A DNA stretch of 64,000 bases from an uncultured Chthonomonadaceae bacterium (lineage in GTDB: Bacteria; Armatimonadota; Chthonomonadetes; Chthonomonadales; Chthonomonadaceae), in contig CAWIEK010000022.1 in assembly GCA_963835065.1 (NCBI GenBank), positions 1-64,000 of the forward strand, in the 5' to 3' direction. This document shows, piece after piece, positions 9,538-19,508 of the stretch. The first letter of the stretch is position 1, and the number at the start of each line of letters is the position of its first letter. The translations under genes and the position numbers were made by a program. The notes under the pieces were generated by a model, which worked only from the letters and a program-made list of their open reading frames with translations, was not told the origin of the DNA and ran no database searches.

Positions 9538-10532
9538 CTACGGGCTAACTGCTGTCTGCTTCTTGTTTACGAGCGTTTTGTATGTCAGCCGTTTACCGGG
9601 AATTTGCTGCACACCTTTTAGGAAGCGTGTCAAGTCAGTACCGTCACGGTTATTAAAACGGAATTTCAGTTCGTCAGCGTATCGGGAAAGATGTTCGGGT
9701 CGCAGTGCGTATACGTGCCATCAATCATGCGGTCTAGCAATGTCCAGACGTTTTCCACGCTGTTTGTATAGATTTTGCCGTCTACGTATTTAACGGCATG
9801 GTCTACTACTCCATGCTGATAGTTCTCACTTAGCCCCTCGTAACCTCTGTGTGCGTCTGTGTAGAGCGTAGACTTTTCTTCTACGGAGTTCTTAATCTCT
9901 GTTTGCAGAGTTTCGGCAGAGGTATCAGGCACAACCTGCAATCGGACTTTGCTGTATATCTTGTCTTTCGGGCGGCGTTGTTTGCCCATTTCGTTCTTAT
10001 GTCCGTTACCGCGCTGAACTACTCCGAATACGATTGTCTTACCTGCCGCGCCGCGTCCTTTGATTTTCTCTTTCTTTTTGGCGAAGTGCATATTCTTTGC
10101 TTTGCCGCCGACAAAGGTTTCATCGGCCTCAACTTCGCCTTTTAGTTTTTCGATGCTTTTCTGCTGAACAGCGAAGCGTAACCGATGGAGAACAAACCAA
10201 GCGGTTTTCTGTGGTATACCTAACGAACGTGCCAGTTCGCAAGAGGAAATACCATTTTTGGAGTTCGTCAACATCCAAAGTGCAATCAGCCATGTATCTA
10301 AGGCTAATTGGCTATCTTCAAAGATAGTGCCGACTTTGATAGAGAATTGTTTCTTGCAACCTTTGCAACGCCATATTTTGCGGGTTGCAATGAAGTGTGT
10401 TTCTGTATGCTGACAGCGCGGGCATACCACATTTCCGCCCCAACGCAGATTAACCAAAAAGTCAAAACAGCGTTGCGGATCGGCAAAATAGCGAATAACT
10501 TGAACTAACGTTTCGGGATACTGGTTTTCCAT
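9538..10532 (-). CDS. IS1595-family (ISXO2-like) DDE transposase; frameshift near 9690
   Basis: Zn ribbon CPRC...CKGC; motifs VEADETFVGG, YTDAHRGY, TNSVENVW. The second frame gives RYADELKFRFNNR...GKRLTYKTL. Confidence 0.93.
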
Positions 10533-10660
10533 AAAATAAACCTCTTTCTAGTAATTGATGAGTCCCATTATACATTACTACGGAGAGGTTCGCTGAAAAG
10601 GAAGGATGAGAGGTAAAATTTGTGTGTCAGGGTGATAAGTACCCTAATAAACGTTTGGGG

Positions 10661-11101
10661 CTAGGTGACAGCGGCATCAGAATTCCAGCTTATGTTGATT
10701 ATTATATTGTCCTGGATAAATTTTGCTTGCTCAGGAGATAAGGCTTTTATCCACTCTGCTACCAACTTGAATATCTTCCTTCTATAATCGAGAGCCTGAT
10801 TTGATGTGAGGTCAGCTACTTGAGTCAGCACGATTTTCTGAGTACCATCTTCTGGACTTGTATGACCAGAGTAGGAGACATTCAAAATTCCACTTGCTGC
10901 CGACTAGCCTCCACCTGCATCAAAGAACCGATATACCAACAGCGCCGATGCAGGGCCTTTCAACAATGGCAGGGCCGTCGCATCCACATGCGGGCCAGTT
11001 TCTGCAAGCGGAAGACGGTCGCTTGTTTGTTCTGGCTGTCGTAAACTAGTCTGACTAACAGGCTTATTTATTGTTGTCGGATTTGCTGGTTCACCAGTCA
11101 T
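10661..11101 (-). CDS. Probable antitoxin/partner of the interrupted HEPN toxin; contains an internal stop or indels
   Basis: ORFs 10904..11149 and 10661..10885 are in the same frame; the 3' end overlaps the HEPN start codon at 10677. Confidence 0.45.
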
Positions 11102-11360
11102 TTTATTGTCCTCGAGACGCCAATTCTGGCTGCAAAACCTGAAGGTCACTCATTCCTCCATACACTAAGACGTGAGTATGATACCACGAGTTGCAGAACT
11201 TTCCAACATGTTATAAATAATTTTGGTAAGAGCCATGCCAAAAAATATTTTTCGTCCTACCTTCTAAAACAGCAGACAAGTGTGAATATATAGTGAGTGT
11301 GCAACTCACACCGGCCTGCCCTGTAGGGCGCGGCAACACACCAGAGGAGGAAATGACGCT

Positions 11361-12897
11361 ATGACCAACCGGTACAGGGAGGCGGAACACGACGCTCCGA
11401 ATTTCCAACCTGCAAACCCACATTCTCAAGCGTTTGCCCGCTACCAGAACGACCCGGCAGGTTATGCCCATGACATTCTCGGCGTTCACTGGTGGGAACG
11501 CCAACAGGAAGTCGCCCGCGCCCTGCTTCGGCATCGGCGCGTTTTTGTTAAAGCCAGTCACGGGGTGGGCAAGTCGTTTCTGGCGGGCGGGCTGGTGAAC
11601 TGGTTTTTTGACTGCTTCGATCCCGGCCTGTGTATCACGACTGCGCCCAACAGCAGGCAGGTGAAAGACATTTTGTGGAAGGAGATACGCGCCCAGCGCC
11701 CGCGACAGGCGCGAGAGGTGCTGCTGCCCCGGGCGTGCCGCATGGAAACCGATCCCGAACACGTGGCGGTGGGCTATACCGCCCGCAACGACAGCGGCTT
11801 TCAGGGCCGACATGCGGAACACGTCCTCATCGTTTTCGATGAAGCGACGGGGGTAGACGCGACGTTTTGGGATGCGGCGGAAGGCATGATGACGAGTCTG
11901 CACTGTTACTGGCTTGCCATTCTCAACCCGACGGACACGGCCAGCCGCGCTTATGAGGAGTGTCAGCGGAAGGGCAAATGGCATGTTATGGAAATCTCGG
12001 CGCTGGAGCATCCCAACATCGCGGCGGACCTGGCGGGAAAGCCGGCTCCCTATCCCCGCGCCGTGCGGCTGGAATGGGTACAGGGGCGCGTGCGCGAATG
12101 GTGTACTCCGGTGGGGGCGAGTGACAGACGGGCGGGGGATTTTCCGTTCCCGGCTGGCAGTGAAACGTGGTATCGCCCCGGCCCGCTGTTTGAAAGCCGC
12201 GTTTTGGGACGCTGGCCGACGCAGGGCAGTTTGGCCGTGTGGACCGAAGCCGTGTGGAACCTTTGTCTTGCGCGGCAGGTTCCCGGCCCAGTACGAACTT
12301 CTGGCGCTCGGCTGCGACAAAGCCCGGTTTGGCGACGATTTTACCAGTATCATTGTTCGGCGCGGCAATTGCGTTTTGCACCACGAAACGCACAACGGCT
12401 GGAACAACAACGAAATTGCGGGACGCTTAAAGCAGCTCTGCCGCCGCTTTGCGCTTGCCGGCGAAGACCCGCGCCGCGCTGTCGTTCGCATAGACGATGT
12501 GCAGGGCGCGGTTGTGGATTTGGCGGAGGGTTACAACTTTCAGGCCGTCAACAGCAGTCATCGCGCCAACGACGGAGCCGCGTTTCCCAACAAGCGCAGC
12601 GAATTGTGGTTTGAAACCGTTGACCGCGCGGGGGAGGGACGCCTGGACCTGACGCGCCTGAACGAAGAATCGCGCAATCTGCTGCGAACGCAGGCGATGT
12701 CGCCGACATGGAAAATAGACGCGCAGGGCCGGCGGGTCGTGGAACCCAAAGCGGACACGAAGAAGCGGTTGGGGCGTTCGCCGGATGATATGGATGCGCT
12801 GAACCTGGCGTTTTATGCGGGGGGTGATTGGAAGGAAGCGGCGGAGGCGACGGCTTTGCTGGTTGGGGCGTCGTTGGGCGGGGCGGGGGTTTGGTAG
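11361..12897 (+). CDS. Phage terminase large subunit-like ATPase-nuclease; frameshift near 12290
   Basis: WERQQEV Q-motif, Walker A ASHGVGKS, Walker B LIVFDEA, ILNP, nuclease motifs LGCDKARFGDD and SPDDMDAL; GAGGAGG RBS. Confidence 0.88.
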
Positions 12898-13137
12898 GTG
12901 TGAAAAGGGAAGGAGTTCACCACAGAGGCACAGAGACACAGAGGGGTCACAGAGAAAAACAAGGAGAAAAGGAGAAAAGGAGAAGAGGAGGAGGTGAGGG
13001 GAAAGCTGCCTGTAACAATCCTTGCTGTCCAACCGTAACAAAACCGGGTTGCACACGTCTATACCAATATCCGCAGAAGTTTCATTGCCAACCCTCTTAA
13101 CCATAGGTTTACTGTCGGTTTATTCAGGAGCCGCATC

Positions 13138-15363
13138 ATGCAATCCCGATGTTTGCTCATCGCGCTGGCCGGAGTGTGCCTGCTGCCCACAGCAGGTCGC
13201 GCCGACTCGCCCGAAGAACAGCTTGCCGCCGCGTCCGCTTTGTACGACGCGCATAGATACGATCAGGCCGCGCAGAAACTCGATGATTTTCTGGCGCAGA
13301 ACCCCAAACACGCCAAAATGGGCCTTGCCGCGTTCGTGCTGGGCCGCTGCCGCTCGGAATTAAAGCAATACCCTGCCGCTATTTCCGCGTACAGCAAGGC
13401 CGTTGCCAGCAAGGACAACGCTGTTTTGTCGCAGGCGGAACTCGGTTTGGCCGAAGCCGCCATGCAGACCAATGAGTACGACAAAGCCGCGAATGCGCTT
13501 CAGGACGCCGTAAAGGGACCACTGAAGCCGGAGCAGGCGGCAATCGCGTGGTACTGGCTTGGCGAGTCCGATTACAACCTGAAAAAGTACGGCGCGGCTC
13601 GTGACGCTTACGATCACGTTGTCAATGAGTTCGGTAAAACCGACCTGGCTCCGGGCGCGTTGTACGGCGCGGGAGTGTCGGCTTTGCAGGACGGCAAGCC
13701 CGACGACGCCAAGCTGCGCTTTCGCGCGCTGGCCGACAAGTACCCGCGCAGCAAGGAGCGGGGGCTGGCTTTGCTGTACATCCCGCAAATTGATCTGAGC
13801 AACAAAAATACGGTGAGCGCGCGGCAGGGATTTGAAGCCCTGCTCCATGACCAGGCCGCGCTGCAAATCACCCCGGCTCTGCGCCCCAAAGCCGAAGACG
13901 GCCTGATTCAATGCCTGCTGGAAGCCAAAGATTGGGAACACGCCGCCCCGCTTTTGGAAGTTGCTATGAGCCGGCAGGGGCAGGACGACCCGCAGAAGTA
14001 TCGCGCCGCCATGAGCCTGGGCAACGCCCGCTACCAACTGAAGCAGTATGACCGCGCCCTCAACGCCTATCAAATCGCCGCGCAGTCCAAAGAAGACAGC
14101 GTTGCGGCGCAGGGCTTGTACTGGTCGGCAAATGCGCAATTGGCTCTGAAGAAACCGGATGAGGCCGCGTCACAGTTCGGGCAATTGGTGTCGCGCTTCC
14201 CCAAAGACAAACTCGCCGCTAAAGCGCAGTTACGCGCCGGGGATGCCCTTGCCGACGCCAACAAGCCCAAAGAAGCCACCGTTGCCTATCAAGCCGTCGT
14301 AGACAAATTCCCGCAAGCGCCCGAAGCGGCGCAGGCGCGCAAGAATTTGGGTGACATGGTAGGCGCTCTGGACGATCCGGCGCAGATACTCGCCGCCATC
14401 AAAAACGCCACTCCCGAACAAAAGAATAAAGCGATGCTGCGCGTTGCCCGCCTGTATCTGACGGCGAAGAAAACGCCCGAAGCCATGACGGTTCTCAACG
14501 ACCTGGTGAAAGCCAACCCAACCGGCGACATCGGGGGGGAAGCGCAGTACCTGCTCGGACTGGCCTACGATTCGCAGCAAAAGTCCGCGCCCGCCGCAAG
14601 CGCCCTTGCCGAAGCCACGCGCCTGACGCCCCACGCGACATGGGCTTTGGACGCCGATACGCGCCTTGCCGAACTCTACCTTGACCTGAAACAGCCGGAC
14701 AAGGCCGAAAAAGCCGCCAGCGCCGCCCTCGACCTGAAGCCCGAAGAACAGGCGGGACAGCAAATCCGATTGACGCAAATTCAAGCGCAATTGGATCAAA
14801 AGAAGTGGGACGAGGCGTTCGCCAATTGCCAGACCGTTCTCGCCAATCATCCCAATGCGGAAACCACAGCGACGGCGCTGTACACCCAGGCCTGGGTCCG
14901 CGACAAACAAAACAAGCCCGAAGACGCGCTTCTTCTCTGGGACAAACTCGCCAGCGAGTATCCCAAAAGCGAGTATGCAGCCGAGGCCCTGCTGCGACTC
15001 GGAGACGCGCGCTCAAAGGCGGAAAAGTATGCCGAAGCCCAGGACAAATACTCGCAACTGCTCACCAATTTCCCGAATAACGCGCTCGCGCCCCAGGCCC
15101 GGTTCAAGCGGGGAAGCGCGCTGTTCAATTCTGGCAAACCGGAGGATGCGGCCGCTGATTTCCAGGCCGTCGCCGACGACAAAACGGCGGGCGCTTACCA
15201 ATCGGAAAGTCTTTATTGGGCGGGTGTCGCCCTTGATAAAGCGGGTAAAAAGGATCAGGCGATCCAACGGCTGACCGCATTGGTCACGCAGTACCCGACC
15301 CATGCCCGCGTTCCCAACGCCAAAATCCGTCTCGCCGCGCTCAAAGCGACGATTAACAACTAA
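13138..15363 (+). CDS. Exported multi-TPR protein (CpoB/BamD-like repeats)
   Basis: Signal peptide; repeated TPR pairs such as AWYWLGES...YDHVVNEF and AQLRAGDA...YQAVVDKFP. Confidence 0.9.
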   Translation: MQSRCLLIALAGVCLLPTAGRADSPEEQLAAASALYDAHRYDQAAQKLDDFLAQNPKHAKMGLAAFVLGRCRSELKQYPAAISAYSKAVASKDNAVLSQAELGLAEAAMQTNEYDKAANALQDAVKGPLKPEQAAIAWYWLGESDYNLKKYGAARDAYDHVVNEFGKTDLAPGALYGAGVSALQDGKPDDAKLRFRALADKYPRSKERGLALLYIPQIDLSNKNTVSARQGFEALLHDQAALQITPALRPKAEDGLIQCLLEAKDWEHAAPLLEVAMSRQGQDDPQKYRAAMSLGNARYQLKQYDRALNAYQIAAQSKEDSVAAQGLYWSANAQLALKKPDEAASQFGQLVSRFPKDKLAAKAQLRAGDALADANKPKEATVAYQAVVDKFPQAPEAAQARKNLGDMVGALDDPAQILAAIKNATPEQKNKAMLRVARLYLTAKKTPEAMTVLNDLVKANPTGDIGGEAQYLLGLAYDSQQKSAPAASALAEATRLTPHATWALDADTRLAELYLDLKQPDKAEKAASAALDLKPEEQAGQQIRLTQIQAQLDQKKWDEAFANCQTVLANHPNAETTATALYTQAWVRDKQNKPEDALLLWDKLASEYPKSEYAAEALLRLGDARSKAEKYAEAQDKYSQLLTNFPNNALAPQARFKRGSALFNSGKPEDAAADFQAVADDKTAGAYQSESLYWAGVALDKAGKKDQAIQRLTALVTQYPTHARVPNAKIRLAALKATINN
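13239..13288. repeat. 50 bp exact direct repeat, copy 2, inside the 5' part of the TPR gene
   Basis: Identical to 1387..1436. Confidence 0.95.
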
Positions 15364-15371
15364 GGGGATAG

Positions 15372-15463
15372 GCATTAGGCATTAGGCATTAGATGCTCTG
15401 GTAATTCGGCGTGTCATGGTGAAGTTGGAGCATTCTAATGCCTAATGCCTAATGCCTAATGCC
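15372..15463. repeat. Inverted heptamer tandem repeat element (GGCATTA)n...(TAATGCC)n
   Basis: Seen directly; the same unit recurs near 54670-54745 and 59900-60015. Confidence 0.85.
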
Positions 15464-15480
15464 TCCTCTAAGGAACCCGC

Positions 15481-16140
15481 ATGAAGTTACTCGATCTATT
15501 CAATGAAGCCGATCTTGTCAAGTATCCGCTTGGCTTGTTTTCCGTTCTGGCGCTGGCGATTGTGCTGGAACGGATATTTACCCTGATGCGCCTGAACGCG
15601 CTGGAAGACAAGGCGTTTCTCGCCCTGCAAACCGCGCTTGCCAATGACAATACGAGCGCCGTCAATGACCCGCAGATTTCCGCCGCGCCCGTTGCTCAGG
15701 TGATGAGCGTGGTGACCACGCTGCGGGGCGCGAACCGGGAAAGCCTGCTCAATGTGGCGGATGTGGCGATTGCGCAGCAGCGTCTTCGCTTGCGCCGGTA
15801 CCTGGGTACGCTGGCGACGATTGGCAGCACGGCTCCGTTCATCGGCCTGTTCGGAACCGTTTTGGGCGTGTTGGGCGCGTTCAAGGATATGAGCAAGCCG
15901 GGCGCGACGGCGATTGAAGGCAGCGCGGTTGCGGGCAGTATCGGCACTGCTCTGAGCGCCACCGCTATCGGCCTGCTGGTCGCCATTCCCTCCGTTATGG
16001 CCTACAACTTTTTGGTGGGCAAAGTACAGGCCAATCTGCTGCACGTTTCGGGCCACGTTTCGCGCCTGCTGCCCCTGCTGGAAACGCCGCATGATGTGCG
16101 GGCGACAGTGACAAACGGGCGGGCGCATCAGGAGGTCTGA
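15481..16140 (+). CDS. MotA/TolQ/ExbB proton channel protein
   Basis: LATIGSTAPFIGLFGTVLG and ALSATAIGLLVAIP. Confidence 0.93.
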   Translation: MKLLDLFNEADLVKYPLGLFSVLALAIVLERIFTLMRLNALEDKAFLALQTALANDNTSAVNDPQISAAPVAQVMSVVTTLRGANRESLLNVADVAIAQQRLRLRRYLGTLATIGSTAPFIGLFGTVLGVLGAFKDMSKPGATAIEGSAVAGSIGTALSATAIGLLVAIPSVMAYNFLVGKVQANLLHVSGHVSRLLPLLETPHDVRATVTNGRAHQEV

Positions 16141-16141
16141 T

Positions 16142-16561
16142 ATGCACGGCGGACACAGCAACGAAGACGAACCGATGGCGGAAATGAACATGATTCCGCT
16201 GATTGATATTGCCCTGACCCTGCTTATTATTATGATGGTGACAACCGCGTTCGTGCGCAAGCCGGGCGTGTCGCTGAAACTGCCGGAAACCGCCACCCAC
16301 GAGGGCGCGGCGGAAATGAGCAAGGATCAAACTATCTATATCGCCGCCAATGAAAGCCTGTATATGAACGGCAAGGCCGTCAGCGATCAGGAAGTGGCGG
16401 CTACGATGAAGCAAGTGGGCGCAGCCAACAAGGACGCGCGCATCCTCATTAAAGGCGACCGCAACGTGCGCTATGACCGCGTGATGGGCGTCATGGACAT
16501 CGTGCGGCAGGCCGGATTAACCCGCGTTGTGCTGCCGACAGACCCGAAGACGGCTCATTAG
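16142..16561 (+). CDS. ExbD/TolR family protein
   Basis: EMNMIPLIDIALTLLIIMMV and IKGDRNVRYDRVMGVMD. Confidence 0.93.
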   Translation: MHGGHSNEDEPMAEMNMIPLIDIALTLLIIMMVTTAFVRKPGVSLKLPETATHEGAAEMSKDQTIYIAANESLYMNGKAVSDQEVAATMKQVGAANKDARILIKGDRNVRYDRVMGVMDIVRQAGLTRVVLPTDPKTAH

Positions 16562-16688
16562 TTGACAGTTGATAGTTGATAGTTGATAGGACACCACTCT
16601 ACTGTTACTTGTTTTAGAAGAAGGCGAGAAGCAGCGAACCATGACTATCAACTATCAACTATCAACTCCCCAAGACAGGAACAATCCC

Positions 16689-18368
16689 ATGCGTATAGAC
16701 CGATGGTACTGGCTCGCCGTTTTCTGCATGGTTTCCGTAACGGCGCATTTTTGCCTGAAATACTTTCGCGCCCCGTTGGTTCCCTCCAGCGGCGCAGCGG
16801 CGGCTCCTACCGAGATAACAGTAACGCTTGGACCACCGGATGCGCCGGTTGTGCCGCCTAAACCGGAAGCAAAGCAGCCTGATCCCGTTGCCAAACCGGA
16901 CGCGCCGGAGCCGCAACAGGAAGAGATTCCGGTTTCCAAACCGCTGGTTGCTGCGCGTAATACCGCAGCGCCCACTCCGGCCACTACGGAACACGTTCGG
17001 CTGCCTGCCGCGTCGCAGCAGGAAGACGCGCTGCCGAAGTTCAACAAGGCCGCGCCCGACCCGGTTGGCGTACAGGACGAAGAAAAAATCAGCCATGAAG
17101 CGCCGCCTGCGGGATTGCCGGACGCGCCCAAAGCCACTGCCGCGCCCCGCGTGGCTTCAAATTCGCCCAAAAGCCTGGCGGTTCCCACTGAAGCCGCCGG
17201 GGGCGGTTCGCTGGCTCCCGACAAATCCATGACGGGTAAAAACGGCGCGGCAGGCCCGGAAAACCCGGTGGAAGATATAGTGTACGCGGGCGGCGGCGCG
17301 GGAGGTCAAAATCTGCCCAAAGCGCCTGCCAAAGCCGGCGGTGGCGGCGGAGCCTCTATCCTGTCCGTTGAAAACCCGCTTGCCAAAGAAGTGATTCCCG
17401 AAGACAAACCCGGCCTCAATTCTGGAACGGGCGGGAACGCGGGAACGGGGAGCGGGGGCGGCATTGGCTTCCGCATCGGCAAAGGCAACGGTACGCGCGC
17501 TAATGGCCTGAACGCGCTGGCAACCCTCAACAGCAAGCCGGGCAACGGCATTGGCGCGGGCGAAGGCAGCGGTCAGGGCACGAAAGCGCCGGGAGGCGGC
17601 AAGGGAACCGGCGCGGAAACGCCCGGAACCGGGGGAGAAGGCACGGGCTACGGCAAGGGCGCGGGCATTGACATCGGTGAAGGCAAAGCCCCGCACGGGC
17701 AAATGGCCGCGCTGACGCGCGGTATTCCCTTTGGCGACATTACCGGAATGTTGGGTAAAGGCCAGCCGGACGGCGGAGGCGGCAACGGCAAGCCGGGGCG
17801 TGGCGGCGTCTTCGGGGCGGCTCCAACCATTACCGGCGGGGGCGGCGGCAGCATCCACATTATTTATCTGCTGGACACGTCCGGCAGCATGAAAGATTTC
17901 GGCAAGATTTACAAAGCGGAAGACGCGCTGAAGAAGGCGTTGAGCGAACTGCGTCGAACGGATACATTCAACGTCATGAACTTTGACAATTCGGTGCATG
18001 TGTTTTCGCCGGAAATGCTGCCTGCCACCAATGAAAATATCATAAATGCCGCAGCGTATATTGACAGCCTGCGGCTTGCGCCCTATACGAACCTGTCCTC
18101 AGCCCTTGACCGGGCGTTTCAGGAGACGTCAGCCACGCACATCTTCATTCTCTCGGATGGCGAACCACATGGCGGCATCGAAAATCCCACGCAATTACGC
18201 GCCTTCGTTCACGGCTTGAACACGCGCAAAGTCCAAATCAACACCCTTACTCTGGGTGACGGCAGGAGCATGGAGGGCGTCAAACTGCTTCGCGCCATTG
18301 CGGAAGAGAATGACGGCACGTACCACTACATCAATATGCTCAACAATACGGCAACGCCGATCAGGTAA
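16689..18368 (+). CDS. TonB/TolA-like membrane-anchored Pro/Gly-rich protein with a C-terminal vWA domain
   Basis: N-terminal TM with SxxxH (VSVTAHF); Pro-rich then Gly-rich linker; MIDAS motifs LLDTSGSM, TNL and ILSDGEP. Confidence 0.85.
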   Translation: MRIDRWYWLAVFCMVSVTAHFCLKYFRAPLVPSSGAAAAPTEITVTLGPPDAPVVPPKPEAKQPDPVAKPDAPEPQQEEIPVSKPLVAARNTAAPTPATTEHVRLPAASQQEDALPKFNKAAPDPVGVQDEEKISHEAPPAGLPDAPKATAAPRVASNSPKSLAVPTEAAGGGSLAPDKSMTGKNGAAGPENPVEDIVYAGGGAGGQNLPKAPAKAGGGGGASILSVENPLAKEVIPEDKPGLNSGTGGNAGTGSGGGIGFRIGKGNGTRANGLNALATLNSKPGNGIGAGEGSGQGTKAPGGGKGTGAETPGTGGEGTGYGKGAGIDIGEGKAPHGQMAALTRGIPFGDITGMLGKGQPDGGGGNGKPGRGGVFGAAPTITGGGGGSIHIIYLLDTSGSMKDFGKIYKAEDALKKALSELRRTDTFNVMNFDNSVHVFSPEMLPATNENIINAAAYIDSLRLAPYTNLSSALDRAFQETSATHIFILSDGEPHGGIENPTQLRAFVHGLNTRKVQINTLTLGDGRSMEGVKLLRAIAEENDGTYHYINMLNNTATPIR

Positions 18369-18452
18369 GTGAAGAGTGAAAGTGGAGAGTGAGAGAAAAT
18401 GATTGTTCCCTCTCACTCTCCACTCTCACTCTTCACTTTATTGTTGCTAACA

Positions 18453-18489
18453 AACAGCGCACAGCGCGTATAATACGCTGTGCGCTGTT
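18453..18489. terminator. 14 bp perfect stem-loop, probable terminator
   Basis: aacagcgcacagcg-N9-cgctgtgcgctgtt downstream of the operon. Confidence 0.6.
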
Positions 18490-18568
18490 GCTTTACAGGA
18501 ACCTGTCATACTAACATCGAATTAGGCAAAAACATAAGGGATTAAGAGAAGAAGCAAGCCTTTTCACT

Positions 18569-18994
18569 ATGGGACACATGAACTATATTTTTGGTTATAT
18601 TCGCGCGGCGGTTGACGAGGACGAATTCAATAAACAACGCCTTCGCAGCTTCGAATATGATGAACTCTGGCCTTTGCCAAATGTGTTTCATTTATCCGCC
18701 GATGCAAAATGTGTGCCTATGATAAGTTTCGGTATGGCTTTCAATAGTACAGATGAAGACTGGACAGATTGGTTCCCTCGCTTTGAGTATTTGCTGGGCC
18801 GATTACACGCTTTGACGGCGAGGGTAGTTTGGGAACGTGAGGATTTTGGTGATTTATTTTCGGTCGAATATGTATGTTCGGATCCGAGTTATCCCGGCCA
18901 ATGGGCGCCAGAGGCTCAACGGCAGTGGATTAAAATCGTATCCGGGCAGCAGTTGAACGGGATTGAGATCGGTGAGATAAACCTGATTCTATAA
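18569..18994 (+). CDS. Hypothetical protein
   Basis: Clean 141 aa ORF with lower GC; no recognisable motif. Confidence 0.6.
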   Translation: MGHMNYIFGYIRAAVDEDEFNKQRLRSFEYDELWPLPNVFHLSADAKCVPMISFGMAFNSTDEDWTDWFPRFEYLLGRLHALTARVVWEREDFGDLFSVEYVCSDPSYPGQWAPEAQRQWIKIVSGQQLNGIEIGEINLIL

Positions 18995-19017
18995 ACTAAC
19001 GAGGAGACTCTTTTTCT

Positions 19018-19419
19018 ATGTCGCAGCAATTAATTTATGTCGTGGACGATGAGCCGCTGATTTCCCGCCTGGCGCAGGTGAATCTGGAGCGGGCAGGCTA
19101 CAAGGTGCAGACCGCCCTGGACGGGCTGGAAGCGCTGCAGGCGCTGCAATCCGGGGCTGTGCAGCCCGATCTGATTCTGCTGGATGTGATGATGCCGTTT
19201 ATGGACGGCTTTGAACTGCTGGAACAACTGCGCGCGGACTTTCAGCTGCAATCCATTCCGGTTGTGGTAATGACCGCCCGCTCGCGTGACGAGGATATGT
19301 TGGTGGGCAAGGAGTTAGGCGCGCGGCAATACCTGACCAAGCCTATCAACCCAACGGAACTGATTTCCACCGTCAATGAAATCTTGAAGCCGACAGCAGA
19401 AAACGCGCCATCCACGTAA
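19018..19419 (+). CDS. Single-domain response regulator
   Basis: VVDDE, LLDVMMP, MTA and YLTKP. Confidence 0.93.
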   Translation: MSQQLIYVVDDEPLISRLAQVNLERAGYKVQTALDGLEALQALQSGAVQPDLILLDVMMPFMDGFELLEQLRADFQLQSIPVVVMTARSRDEDMLVGKELGARQYLTKPINPTELISTVNEILKPTAENAPST

Positions 19420-19508
19420 AAACGTCACGCTGTCACGTTTTTCAGGAACGTTACGGCGTGACATTGATTGTTTTGTGGTTTGAGCAACCGCCTGCAATTC
19501 GCTGAAGT

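Larger units (their letters stand above)
7093..10643. mobile_element. IS1595-family transposon with passenger genes, 3,551 bp
   Basis: TIRs ggtacttataaccctgacacaca (7093-7115) and tgtgtgtcagggtgataagtacc (10621-10643) match at 22/23 nt. 8 bp TSD ctaataaa at 7085-7092 and 10644-10651. DDE transposase inside. Confidence 0.93.

Noticed and set aside
11211..12491. Long antisense or alternative-frame ORFs (e.g. 37..759, 11211..12491, 38249..39271, 51578..52621, 52640..53938)
   Set aside because: They shadow well-supported genes on the opposite strand in GC-rich DNA and carry no motifs.
1387..13288. 50 bp repeat as a DGR template/variable repeat pair
   Set aside because: The copies are identical, with no adenine-specific mismatches, and no reverse transcriptase is present.
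11361..18368. Intact prophage starting at the terminase
   Set aside because: The downstream genes are cell-envelope genes; there is no portal, capsid, tail or integrase.
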